A stretch of 64,000 bases of DNA from positions 5,280,001-5,344,000 of the forward strand of contig OY771506.1 in NCBI GenBank assembly GCA_963674705.1, given 5' to 3'. The notes under the pieces are model-generated. The model was not told the DNA's origin. It was given only the letters and a program-made list of their open reading frames with translations, and did no database searches. This document shows positions 1 to 9,721 of the stretch, piece after piece. Each line of letters opens with the position of its first letter. Positions within the stretch are counted from its first letter, which is position 1. The stretch is from Phycisphaeraceae bacterium. GTDB taxonomy: Bacteria; Planctomycetota; Phycisphaerae; Phycisphaerales; Phycisphaeraceae. The position numbers were made by a program, and so were the translations under genes.

Positions 1-934
1 GCACACGAACACGACGGACATCGTCACATGGTCGGACCGACCCCGTAAGGATTACTACACGCAAGCGACGAACCGCGGTGTCGCACTTGAGTACATGATC
101 GAGCTGTGTAACGAACTCGGCGCCGATCCATGGTTCTGCATGCCGCACACCGCCGACGATGCGTATGTCTACAGTTTCGCCAAGCAGGTCAAGCAGCAGC
201 TCCGCCCGGACCTGAATGTTTACGTCGAATGGTCCAACGAGGTCTGGAACTCGCAATTCAAGCAACACAAGTGGGTGCAGCAGGTGACCGATAGCGACTC
301 ACTGTCTGATGCGTTCCGCAAACGTTGGGCTTATGAAGCAAACCGTGACTTCAACATCTGGCGTGATGTCTTTGGCGACCAGTCTCACCGTGTGATACGC
401 CTGGCCGTCGGGCAGAAAGACAATCCGTGGGTCACCGAAATGCTGGCCGACGAACTGGAAGGCAGATTCGACGCCATCTCCTGCTCGACTTACTTCGGCT
501 TCAGCGGTTCGCAGGAATCACAACTGAACGCCGGCACCACGCCACAACAGATCCTCAACTGGGCAATTCAGGACATCACCAACGGCAGCGTCCGTCGTAA
601 TTATCGCGCCCACGGCAAACTCGCTGCGGCATGGTCTGAAACACTCGAGCGAACCATCCCGCTCATCGGCTATGAGGGCGGGCAACACTACACCGCTTAC
701 GGCCTGAATCCACCGTGGGCACAAGCGATGATAAACGCGCAGCGCCACCCACTGATGTACGACGCCTATATCGCCAACATGCGCGAATGGAAAAACGCCG
801 GCGGCTCGCTGTTCACCGCTTTCAACTTCGTCAGTACGCCCAGCAAGTGGGGCTCTTGGGGCCAGCTCGAATACATGGACCAGGACATCGCCGAAGCGCC
901 GAAGTACCGCGCACTTTTAGAGTTTGAGCCCTGA
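1..934 (+). CDS. 5'-truncated putative glycoside hydrolase of clan GH-A type (often annotated cellulose-binding protein)
   Basis: Frame is open from the window start (HTNTTDIVTWSDRP...GVALEYMIELCN). It contains DPWFCMPH, VYVEWSNEVWN (NE acid/base) and YEGGQH (nucleophile-like). Confidence 0.65.
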   Translation, partial: HTNTTDIVTWSDRPRKDYYTQATNRGVALEYMIELCNELGADPWFCMPHTADDAYVYSFAKQVKQQLRPDLNVYVEWSNEVWNSQFKQHKWVQQVTDSDSLSDAFRKRWAYEANRDFNIWRDVFGDQSHRVIRLAVGQKDNPWVTEMLADELEGRFDAISCSTYFGFSGSQESQLNAGTTPQQILNWAIQDITNGSVRRNYRAHGKLAAAWSETLERTIPLIGYEGGQHYTAYGLNPPWAQAMINAQRHPLMYDAYIANMREWKNAGGSLFTAFNFVSTPSKWGSWGQLEYMDQDIAEAPKYRALLEFEP

Positions 935-1051
935 TCCATATAGAGCGTTTTCAAACCAATTGTAGTGTTCGATGGACAGCGCATCTTAACCTCGCTACGG
1001 CAAGCGATACGACAATTATTGATATGAACAAATAACGTCATTCCCGCGCAC

Positions 1052-2030
1052 GGGCTTTATGCGCCATTTGCTTTAAGTGCTGGCGCTTTCGTACGTTTGC
1101 GCCCATACTGGTGAGAGCCTTACTCGACCTTACTCGACAAGGAGTCACCAGCATGGAACGCGAACTGTGGCACATCTTAGCAACACACCTCACTCACTTG
1201 GCAACCTGCACTCGGCGTGGCCGATTCACGCACCCGGTTACACGCATCGTCCGTGTCTATCTCTGGGCGGTGCTGCATGATCGGCCGGTGTACTGGGCGT
1301 GTGATCGTCGCAACTGGGTCGGCGTCAAGCCGCCGGCGGTGTTGCCGGATCAATCGACGATGAGCCGACGACTCGCCCGGCACGAGACACGCAAGGTGTT
1401 GGACGTGTTGATGGATCGACTCGAACCACAAACCCAACAAGCGCTGACCCTGCGCATCGATGGCAAGCCGTTGCCCGTTGCCAAGCACAGCGCCGACCGT
1501 CGGGCGACGATCGGCCGCGGGGCCGGCGGGTTCCAGAAAGGCTACAAATATCACGCGATTTATGCGGATAATAACCGTCCCGTCGCCTACCGCGTCACGC
1601 CGATGAACGTCGACGAACGCGTCGCCGCCAAGCAGATGATCGGCCAGCAGCCGCACGGCGAAGGCTACCTGCTGGCCGACGCCAACTACGAAACCAACCC
1701 GCTTTATGACCAGGCCGCCGAAGCCGGCCGCGTCCTGGTGACGCCGCGCCGCTTCCGACGCGCCAAAGGCCTGGGCCAGTCACGCCAACACAGCGAGCAC
1801 CGTGTGGCGATGATCCAACGCATGCGTTCGCCTTCACCGTTCATCCGCCGACTGCTCGCCACACGCCGCCAGGTCGAGACACGCCTGGCCAACCTGTGCA
1901 ACTTCGGCGGCGGCCTGACGCACCTGCCGCCATGGGTGCGAGGCCGACGTGTTGAACCTTACGTGACCGCCAAAATCCTGATCCGCCTCGCACGTGACCA
2001 TGTGATCCGACAACGTAGTGCATAAAGCCC
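1052..2030 (+). mobile_element. Insertion sequence (DDE, IS4/IS5/IS982-like superfamily), 979 bp
   Basis: TIRs GGGCTTTATGC (1052-1062) and GCATAAAGCCC (2020-2030), with direct repeat GCAC on both sides (1048-1051, 2031-2034). Confidence 0.85.
1153..2025 (+). CDS. DDE transposase (DDE_Tnp_1-like)
   Basis: Motifs IDGKPLPV, GYKYHAI, LLADANY and RRQVETRLANL. GGAG RBS precedes ATG 1153 and the stop codon lies in the right TIR. Confidence 0.85.
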   Translation: MERELWHILATHLTHLATCTRRGRFTHPVTRIVRVYLWAVLHDRPVYWACDRRNWVGVKPPAVLPDQSTMSRRLARHETRKVLDVLMDRLEPQTQQALTLRIDGKPLPVAKHSADRRATIGRGAGGFQKGYKYHAIYADNNRPVAYRVTPMNVDERVAAKQMIGQQPHGEGYLLADANYETNPLYDQAAEAGRVLVTPRRFRRAKGLGQSRQHSEHRVAMIQRMRSPSPFIRRLLATRRQVETRLANLCNFGGGLTHLPPWVRGRRVEPYVTAKILIRLARDHVIRQRSA

Positions 2031-2198
2031 GCACGCGAGAATCCACGCGCCCAATGAATCCTCAGACATGGATCCCCGCCTGCGCGGGGATGACATCAAG
2101 TGGTGAGGTCAAGCGCTACAGTTGGATTGAAAACGTTATAGCCCACATATATTGATCGAATGCGATTCGTGAAAACGACACGCACGCTACATGCAAGA

Positions 2199-3071
2199 TC
2201 AATCCGCTTGTGACACTTGTATCTTGCCGTTATGCGTCCGAGCCGTGCTCTTGCTATCGCCGCCGCTGAATCGTAATTGCATCGATTTGGGTCCGCTGTC
2301 TACGACCTCTACACCATTCAAACCAGACGCCGACACGCGACCATTATTGGTATGCAAGTCGACCTCTCCTGTAAACGAATCCGCCAGCTCAATCTCGATC
2401 TGGCCGTTGTTCGTACGCAGTTCAAACGCATCCTTGACACCGGTCATGTGTACCGCACCATTAGCGGTGCGTGCCTTGATCCTGCCGTCAGTGTTAATCA
2501 CATCGACCCGGCCGTTTGAGGTATCCACATCCACCGGCCCTGTGACATCTTCCACCATGATCTTTCCATTAGAGCTATGTGCATACACCGGGCCGCGCAC
2601 ATCCTGCACAACAATCTGGCCGTTAGATGTCCGCACTACCGCTTCATCGCCTACATGTTCAACACGGACCGCCCCATTAGATGTCTTCACCTCGATCTTC
2701 GCCGCGTCGGGTAAAAGCAGCTCAAACTCACAAGCCTCATTGTTCAATGGCTTACCACCCGGCCACTCGACAAACACTTCCAACACACCCGAATCATCAC
2801 GTTTGGCGATCACCACCGCCTCCGCTAGACGCTCTTTCGTTTGTGCCCGAAGCTCCGCGGTGATCTGTACATCTGCACGATCGTCCTGATATACCGCTAC
2901 GGCTCCGTTGTGGGTCGTGACCCGAAGCCCGGCTCCTGCAGCATGCTCCACATGCAGTACGCGCGTCTCCCGTTCGTTCGCCGGCAAACCCTTGCCGGAC
3001 TGACATCCCGCCAACCCCACTAAAATCAACAGACATAACAACCTGAGCCCAAATCCAAATGAGCGTGCCAT
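2199..3071 (-). CDS. DUF4097 family beta-strand repeat lipoprotein
   Basis: Lipobox LAGC and repeated (T/S)xNGx(I/V) motifs. Confidence 0.8.
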   Translation of the reverse strand: MARSFGFGLRLLCLLILVGLAGCQSGKGLPANERETRVLHVEHAAGAGLRVTTHNGAVAVYQDDRADVQITAELRAQTKERLAEAVVIAKRDDSGVLEVFVEWPGGKPLNNEACEFELLLPDAAKIEVKTSNGAVRVEHVGDEAVVRTSNGQIVVQDVRGPVYAHSSNGKIMVEDVTGPVDVDTSNGRVDVINTDGRIKARTANGAVHMTGVKDAFELRTNNGQIEIELADSFTGEVDLHTNNGRVSASGLNGVEVVDSGPKSMQLRFSGGDSKSTARTHNGKIQVSQAD

Positions 3072-3443
3072 GAGATGCTCTCCAACCTGATGCGTCCGAA
3101 TTGTCCACCCGCCCCACCGACCCCCATGAGTCGGAACTCATAAGTTTATATTCCAGCAACCGGCCCAATCAGTCAATTGATGATCGATTATGATGGGCGT
3201 TTGAAGTGTTTGAAGCGAAATTCCGAACAACCACTCGACACGTTAAGATAAACCCGTTGCGGAGACGAACGGCCTAGGATAAGCATGTTTTCAGCCAGAA
3301 ATACCCCAGTGACACGCCGACATGCTGATTGAAGCCGGACCGCTTGCGCAAACGGATAATTTCATAGATTAATTTGCTTCGCAAGAGCCATAAATGCCTG
3401 TATAATCTCAGTCCATATACGACGCCCTGAATTGGATACACCT

Positions 3444-4496
3444 ATGCCCGGACGTCTGGTTTTTACCTGCCTGCTGACCATAACACTTGGGATGACGACT
3501 CCAATGAATGTAATCGCTGAACGTGCTGACACCTGGATTAATCCGATCGTACCCCAGCGGGCAGACCCGCATGTGTTTCTGCACACCGATGGGTACTACT
3601 ACCTGACCGCAACCGCACCAGAATACGACCGGATCGAACTTCGTCGCTCACGCACGCTCGCAGGATTGTCCACCGCGGAGGTCACAACCGTCTGGCGTAG
3701 GCGCGAAACAGGCATCATGGGCGATCACATCTGGGCGCCGGAAATACACTTCATCGACGGCAAATGGTACATCTACTTCACCGCCGGCGAAGCGGAAGAT
3801 AAGTGGCTGATCCGCTTGTACGTCATCGAAAATCCTTCCGCCGACCCGATGGAAGGTGAATGGATCGAACACGGCCGACTCAAGACCAACTGGGACTGCT
3901 TCACGCTCGACGCCACAACGTTCGCCCATCGCGGCAAGCGTTATCTTGTCTGGACACAAAAAGACGACAACAAGCCGACCGAGCCGCGAGACCCCGGCAC
4001 GCACATCTACATCGCCGAAATGGATACGCCCACGTCGATCAAGGGCGAACAAGTCAAACTGACGACCCCCGAATATGACTGGGAGCGGATCGGCCATTGG
4101 GTCAACGAAGGGCCGGCTGTACTGATCCGACACGGCAAGATCTTCATAACATTCTCCGCCAGCGCGACGGATGCGAACTACTGCCTCGGTCTGCTGACCG
4201 CCGACGAAGATGCGGACCCGCTTGATCCGAAGTCCTGGACGAAAACAAAACACCCGGTCTTCAAGAGCAACCCCGAGACAAGCCAGTTCGGCCCGGGTCA
4301 TAACTCGTTCACCACCACGCCGGACGGCAAGACCGACATCATCGTCTACCACGCCCGCAACTATGAACACATCGACGGTGATCCGCTGGATAATCCCGAC
4401 CGTGCAACACGGGCCCAAGTCATCAAGTGGCGAGAAGACGGCACACCCGACTTCGGCATCCCCGTCGCGGATGGCGAGTATGCGATCGAAGAATAA
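3444..4496 (+). CDS. Glycoside hydrolase family 43 (arabinofuranosidase-like), secreted
   Basis: Motifs RADP, IWAPEIH, TLDAT, VNEGP and GPGHNSF; hydrophobic N-terminus. Confidence 0.9.
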   Translation: MPGRLVFTCLLTITLGMTTPMNVIAERADTWINPIVPQRADPHVFLHTDGYYYLTATAPEYDRIELRRSRTLAGLSTAEVTTVWRRRETGIMGDHIWAPEIHFIDGKWYIYFTAGEAEDKWLIRLYVIENPSADPMEGEWIEHGRLKTNWDCFTLDATTFAHRGKRYLVWTQKDDNKPTEPRDPGTHIYIAEMDTPTSIKGEQVKLTTPEYDWERIGHWVNEGPAVLIRHGKIFITFSASATDANYCLGLLTADEDADPLDPKSWTKTKHPVFKSNPETSQFGPGHNSFTTTPDGKTDIIVYHARNYEHIDGDPLDNPDRATRAQVIKWREDGTPDFGIPVADGEYAIEE

Positions 4497-4593
4497 ACAA
4501 CAGCGATAAATCAGTAATAATCAGGCATGAATGATGATTTGTTTTCACAGTATGTACTACTGAGCAACGACTTCATGATTTCCGCTTCCTGAT

Positions 4594-5652
4594 TCATACT
4601 TCACGTAGCATTCCTGTCGATTCGCCCTCGAACAACTCGATCGCATCATTGGATAACACCATGGGGCCGACCCAGGGACGGCTGCTGTCGAAGACCCATT
4701 CCATACATAACCGCAACAGCGGGCGCAAATCAGGTTCGCACAGGCAGGTGATTGAGGGAACGGTATAACGTGCATATGACTCGTCGTTCATGCAGCAGAT
4801 GGATAAGTCCTGACCGGCCTTGAGGCCTCGGTCCGCCATCGCACGGACCGCGCCGACCGCGGCCGGCATCGTGGTGCAGACCACCGCACTGCCTTGAACA
4901 TCTTCTGAATCCAGCAAGGCGCCGAACTCAGCCACCGCCCGTTCGATCGGCAGATCGTGTGCATTCTCAGGATTACCGATCAGTCGGCCATCAAACCGGC
5001 GCATCGACCGCCAGAGATTCCATTGATGGATCCTCCCTTCGATCACTTCATCGATCGGCTGAACGTTGAAGCAATCAACATGATGGTGCCCATGGTCAGC
5101 CAAATGATCAAACAATCGACGATACGCGGTGCTTGAAAACGGGATAATCGAACGGACACCGAATTGTGAGTAGTCGTACTCGATGGCCAGCAACGATTCG
5201 CTGTAATCCTGCAGTATCCCGACCACACGATTGGGTAGTGGCTCGGCTGCGGGACACAGAAAAACCGCCTCAAAACCCGCTAGTGTTTCGTTGATCACCG
5301 GATCGTTCCAGTGCGTGTACATCACCATGCGTACCTTCGCACCGAACTCCTCTGCCACCTGCGTAATGCGCAAACGCCAGGTCTCGATGATTGGGGAAGT
5401 GATGGACGGGACAAGCAAGCCAACCGGGCCTCGCTTGTTACCGGATCGGCTGGAAACTACGACGCGACGGTTGGGCAAACGCTCCAACATGCCGTTGTCG
5501 ATCAGTTGAAGCAAAGCGCTACGTGCCGTCATGCGGGTTACGTTGAACTCATCTGACAGCGCACGCTCACTGGGCAAGCCGCCCCCGACGTAGTCGCCAT
5601 GCCGTATCCGCTTTTCGAGCGTCTGAATCAGTTCACGTGTTTTGCCACGCAT
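4594..5652 (-). CDS. GntR-HTH / LacI-type sensor transcriptional regulator (AraR-like architecture)
   Basis: N-terminal LPSERALSDEFNVTRMTAR. C-terminal periplasmic-binding-protein-like domain (GLKAGQDLSI, VPSIT). Confidence 0.85.
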   Translation of the reverse strand: MRGKTRELIQTLEKRIRHGDYVGGGLPSERALSDEFNVTRMTARSALLQLIDNGMLERLPNRRVVVSSRSGNKRGPVGLLVPSITSPIIETWRLRITQVAEEFGAKVRMVMYTHWNDPVINETLAGFEAVFLCPAAEPLPNRVVGILQDYSESLLAIEYDYSQFGVRSIIPFSSTAYRRLFDHLADHGHHHVDCFNVQPIDEVIEGRIHQWNLWRSMRRFDGRLIGNPENAHDLPIERAVAEFGALLDSEDVQGSAVVCTTMPAAVGAVRAMADRGLKAGQDLSICCMNDESYARYTVPSITCLCEPDLRPLLRLCMEWVFDSSRPWVGPMVLSNDAIELFEGESTGMLREV

Positions 5653-5730
5653 CCGCTTACCTCTGCTGCATTAACAATGTTCATGTCAATATCTGAAGTT
5701 TTATCATGCTTAAAAGCTCATATTCTGCTA

Positions 5731-5934
5731 ACCATTTTGGTACAGTAAAAAGATCCCAACCTAAAAGCAACCATTATGGCACAACCACCCTTTTTGGTTT
5801 AATAAGGCTTTTTTTACCTTTCTAGACGCCGTATCGGCATCTGGTACTGCACAATATACCGCATGCAAGGCAATACTTGTGTTAGAATTGTGTACAAACT
5901 ATATACATTAACAGTATTTTCACACCATTTTGGT
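5731..5934. promoter_or_regulatory. Three near-palindromic ACCATT(T/A)TGG(T/C) sites, candidate operators
   Basis: ACCATTTTGGT 5731-5741, ACCATTATGGC 5770-5780 and ACCATTTTGGT 5924-5934, all in the divergent AT-rich intergenic region. Confidence 0.45.
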
Positions 5935-5999
5935 TACCCTTCGCGCGGTTGCACTCAACCAAGCGATCAGCATTAACCCTCAGCTAAGGAGATGGGAAG

Positions 6000-6902
6000 A
6001 TGGGTAACCAAGCAACAAGTACATGTAAGTGGAACACAGGAAGGGCCTTGGTGTTCGGACTGGGTCTGGCAGGATTTGCAATCGGCGTACAAGCCGACAT
6101 CCTTATCACTGAAGTCATGTATGACCCGAACCTGGGTAACGAACACGAATACGTCGAACTCTACAACTCCGGCACCGAAACCGTAGACCTGACCGACTAC
6201 GTGATCGCAGATGATCCGAATCAGGATTTTCCCAATTCATACACACTCACCAGTGGCTCTATTGCTCCCGGTGGGACCGCAGTCCTGATCCGTATCGACA
6301 CCGCCCGCACATTGGAAAACTTCCAAAACGCATGGGGTACGGACATCAACTGGATCGAAGTGCCCGTTTGGCCCGTCTTCACCAACGGTGGAGACATTGT
6401 TGAACTCAGTGATCCGTTGGGGACTGTGATCGCTTCTGTCAACTACAACGTCACCAACGGCTTCCCCTTCCCGAACGACTCGTCCTCGATCTACATGGTC
6501 GATGTGACTGCAGAGGCGCCATACGACCCAACCAACTGGGCCTTGAGCACGGACGGCGTCGATGGTGCTCACTACGGCAACGCACCGCGGGTAAACGACC
6601 TCGGCAGCCCCGGTTATGTGCCCGGTGTAGAAACAGCGATCGATGGCGACCTGAATGGCGACGGTTTCGTCGGCCTGGATGATCTGGACATCATCCTCAG
6701 TGCATGGAACCAGAACGTACCGCCCGCCGATAGTTCCGCCGACCCTACTGGCGACGGCTTTGTCGGCCTGGATGACCTGGACATCGTGCTGAACAACTGG
6801 AACGCCGGCACCCCGCCCACACAAGGCGCAGCCGTCCCCGAACCGTCCAGCCTGGCACTGCTCAGCCTTGGCATCGCCGCAGCGCTACGTCGTCGTTATT
6901 AA
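6000..6902 (+). CDS. Lamin-tail-domain protein with dockerin-like repeat and PEP-CTERM
   Basis: Signal peptide; ILITEVMYD...EYVELYN (LTD); two DGFVGLDDLDI repeats; VPEPSSLALLSLGIAAALRRRY. Confidence 0.85.
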   Translation: MGNQATSTCKWNTGRALVFGLGLAGFAIGVQADILITEVMYDPNLGNEHEYVELYNSGTETVDLTDYVIADDPNQDFPNSYTLTSGSIAPGGTAVLIRIDTARTLENFQNAWGTDINWIEVPVWPVFTNGGDIVELSDPLGTVIASVNYNVTNGFPFPNDSSSIYMVDVTAEAPYDPTNWALSTDGVDGAHYGNAPRVNDLGSPGYVPGVETAIDGDLNGDGFVGLDDLDIILSAWNQNVPPADSSADPTGDGFVGLDDLDIVLNNWNAGTPPTQGAAVPEPSSLALLSLGIAAALRRRY

Positions 6903-6983
6903 CTTCCCCAATCCGATCAGGCCGGCCAACGTGCCATCCTGATTGGATTTTATTTATCCCCATTACCTGTTAGGAGGAGAAGG

Positions 6984-7628
6984 ATGATCAAGACAACTGC
7001 ATTGTTGACAGTTTTGGGCCTGACGGCCGCTACCCAAGCCGACATTCTCATCACCGAAGTGATGTATGACAATGCCGGCGGCAACGAACACGAGTACATC
7101 GAGTTGTACAACAACAGCTCCAGCACAATCGATCTGACCGGTTACACGATCAGTGATGATCCGGCACAGGACACACCACACACGTATACCCTGACAAGCG
7201 GTTCGGTCGAACCCGGTGGTACAGCCGTGCTGGTTCGTATCGATACCGCCCGACTGATTGGGAACTATGAAAATGCCTGGGGTGCTTCCATCAACTGGAT
7301 TCAAGTTCCTACCTGGCCGGTCTTTTCCAACGGCGGTGATGTGGTCGTGCTGACCGATCCCAGTAACAACGTTGTCACTTCGGTGGCATACGGCACGGGC
7401 GTTGGTTTCCCGGCGTCGAACGATTCGGCTTCGATCTACATGCTCGATGTGGACGCCGCCAATCCATACGACGCGTCCAACTGGGCGCTGAGCCAGGATG
7501 GCGTGGACGGCGCGCGTTACGGCAACTCGCCACGCACCGCTGACATTGGCAGCCCCGGCGTCATCCCCGAACCCGCCTCCCTGGCCCTGATGGCCTTGGG
7601 CGTGGCCGCAATGATCCGCCGTCGTTAA
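6984..7628 (+). CDS. Lamin-tail-domain PEP-CTERM protein (paralogue without dockerin)
   Basis: ILITEVMYD...EYIELYN; IPEPASLALMALGVAAMIRRR; strong AGGAGG RBS. Confidence 0.85.
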   Translation: MIKTTALLTVLGLTAATQADILITEVMYDNAGGNEHEYIELYNNSSSTIDLTGYTISDDPAQDTPHTYTLTSGSVEPGGTAVLVRIDTARLIGNYENAWGASINWIQVPTWPVFSNGGDVVVLTDPSNNVVTSVAYGTGVGFPASNDSASIYMLDVDAANPYDASNWALSQDGVDGARYGNSPRTADIGSPGVIPEPASLALMALGVAAMIRRR

Positions 7629-7676
7629 GCACCTATACCCCGCGCGGCCTGTTGGGGAAATCCGGTCGGCCGCCTT

Positions 7677-8513
7677 ATGAAAGAAGATAGATTTTCGCCG
7701 CTGTCACGGACCCGATACCGGCGTCGCGCCTTTACGCTTATTGAGCTGCTGGTCGTCATCAGTATCATTGCGCTACTCATCGGTATCCTCTTGCCCGCGC
7801 TCGGCGCAGCACGCAACTCTGCTCGCGATGTGATCTGCATGACGCATGTCCGCACGCATACACAGGCGTTCGCCATCTATGCCGCAGACAGTGACGACCA
7901 TATCCCGCCTTTCTCCGAGGGTGTGCCCGGCGACGCAACCTCTCCCAATTACAGTTCCTCGCAAGACCCACGCGTTGGTGGTGGGAAAGTCTGGTACGAG
8001 TTCCTCGTCGAACATGGATCGGCTTACGATAAGTACGACACCACTATCACGAATCACAAAGACCCACGTGAAGGTGTCTGGCTCTGCCCCCGCACGGACG
8101 GCTACGAGATGAAGGATGTGCATGGAAGCACACCGACATGGGGTGGCGGCTATGGTGTGGCGATCAACGTGATCGGATACGCGCAGGGTCGCAATTCATA
8201 CGCCGACGGCTCTCCAACCATGAGCGAAGTTCGTAGCGCGACCAATCTGATGCTCGTTGGCGATACCGGGCGACCCGACTTTTACGAGGCAAAGGGGACG
8301 CCATTCAGATACGTCACGTGGATGCGTGCGATGAATCCGCCCTATTCCTGGCTTGCGCCCAAGGGCGACCAAGTTGCCGCACGGCATAACGAAAGCGCCA
8401 ACATCGGCTTCTTTGATGGGCACGCCTCGAAAGTGGATTACGAAGCGATCCAGGACAACGAAAATGATCTGTTCGGCCTGGAAGACGATCGCGTCACCAA
8501 CCGCAACAAATAA
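7677..8513 (+). CDS. Prepilin-type N-terminal cleavage/methylation protein with H-X9-DG C-terminus (DUF1559-like)
   Basis: [25 protein letters not shown] and RHNESANIGFFDGH. Confidence 0.9.
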   Translation: MKEDRFSPLSRTRYRRRAFTLIELLVVISIIALLIGILLPALGAARNSARDVICMTHVRTHTQAFAIYAADSDDHIPPFSEGVPGDATSPNYSSSQDPRVGGGKVWYEFLVEHGSAYDKYDTTITNHKDPREGVWLCPRTDGYEMKDVHGSTPTWGGGYGVAINVIGYAQGRNSYADGSPTMSEVRSATNLMLVGDTGRPDFYEAKGTPFRYVTWMRAMNPPYSWLAPKGDQVAARHNESANIGFFDGHASKVDYEAIQDNENDLFGLEDDRVTNRNK

Positions 8514-8548
8514 GTGCCAGATACCACATGGGTACAAGGATCGGCGTT

Positions 8549-9706
8549 ATGCAGCATAACGAAAAGCGCTTCACCTTAACACGACGTCACTTCCTGTCCG
8601 CATCGGTTGGGGTGCTGGCGGCGGGATTACTGCCAACACGTATCGTCTTGGGAAACACCAGCGATCCAACACCCCGTCCACGATCGCAAGCACTCTACGG
8701 CGTGGCACTACTCGGTGACCTGCACTACGACCAGATGTCGCACCACGACTTCGACTGGGTCAAAGCTGAGAAGCCCGGCGATATACGGCAGATCGAAGGT
8801 TATGTCGAGGCTACGAACAACCACATGCCCCGGCTGTTTAACCAAGTCAAACAGGTCATTCATACAGCACCGGCGCCTGTCGTTGCGGTAGTTCACATTG
8901 GTGACTTCGTTGAAGGGCTTTGCGGTAGCTACGACCTGCAAGCCAGGCAATCACGCGACGCGATCGACTTTGTAGAGACGTGTGAATTGGGCGTGCCTTT
9001 CATCATGTCCAAGGGTAACCACGACATCACCGGCCCGGGTGCCGACAAAGCGTTCAACGATGTGCTGTTGCCGTGGATGGCAAAGAACGCGAAGTCTCAA
9101 CTTAACTCAGCAAACTACACATGGCAGCAAGGCGAGGACCTGTTCATCTTCTTCGACGCGTACAAGCCGGACATGGATTGGCTGAAGTCACGATCCGCTC
9201 AGGCACAACAGGCCAGGCACGTGTTCTTCGTGATCCATCCGCCTGTCGTGCCGTACAACGCCCGAGCGAACTGGCATGTTTTCAGTCATGACAGCCAGAA
9301 ACAACAACGCGAAGAACTGACCAAATGGCTGGGCGAGCACAACGCGTCCGTGCTCAGCGGCCACCTGCACCGTTACAGCAACCTTATGCGCACAGACACA
9401 AACGGCTCCTTCAACCAGTTGGCTGTCTGCAGCGTCGTTCGGAATGAATCCGAATCCCCAAAGATCATGCGGTCCGGCGTCAAAGACTACAACTCCAGAT
9501 TGCTCGATCTTGAACCAAACTTCTCACCCAACAGTAAGGAAGAACGTGCCGCATGGATCAGCACCGAAGCGCCGTACATCAAAGGCTTCGACTACGCACG
9601 CATCCCCGGCTACGCCATGCTCTGGATCTATGCAGATCGAGTCGAGGCCGATGTCTATCTAGGCGCCGATGAACAGGTGTGGAAGCAGTCGACGATCAGC
9701 GTGTGA
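8549..9706 (+). CDS. Tat-exported calcineurin-like metallophosphoesterase
   Basis: Twin-arginine signal TRRHFL; motifs GDLH, GDFVE, GNHD and GHLH. Confidence 0.85.
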   Translation: MQHNEKRFTLTRRHFLSASVGVLAAGLLPTRIVLGNTSDPTPRPRSQALYGVALLGDLHYDQMSHHDFDWVKAEKPGDIRQIEGYVEATNNHMPRLFNQVKQVIHTAPAPVVAVVHIGDFVEGLCGSYDLQARQSRDAIDFVETCELGVPFIMSKGNHDITGPGADKAFNDVLLPWMAKNAKSQLNSANYTWQQGEDLFIFFDAYKPDMDWLKSRSAQAQQARHVFFVIHPPVVPYNARANWHVFSHDSQKQQREELTKWLGEHNASVLSGHLHRYSNLMRTDTNGSFNQLAVCSVVRNESESPKIMRSGVKDYNSRLLDLEPNFSPNSKEERAAWISTEAPYIKGFDYARIPGYAMLWIYADRVEADVYLGADEQVWKQSTISV

Positions 9707-9721
9707 TATCGATAACCAGAA

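Larger units (their letters stand above)
1037..2094. repeat. REP-like double palindrome split by an IS insertion
   Basis: GTCATTCCCGCGCAC at 1037-1051, (GCAC)GCGAGAATCCA at 2031-2045 and TGGATCCCCGCCTGCGCGGGGATGAC at 2069-2094. A related copy lies at 21764-21789. Confidence 0.75.
941..2140. mobile_element. IS630-like MITE of about 220 bp net length, interrupted by an IS
   Basis: Imperfect 25-bp inverted repeats TAGAGCGTTTTCAAACCAATTGTAG (941-965) and CTACAGTTGGATTGAAAACGTTATA (2116-2140). Both termini are TA and resemble the IS630 ends at 56264/57308. Confidence 0.6.
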
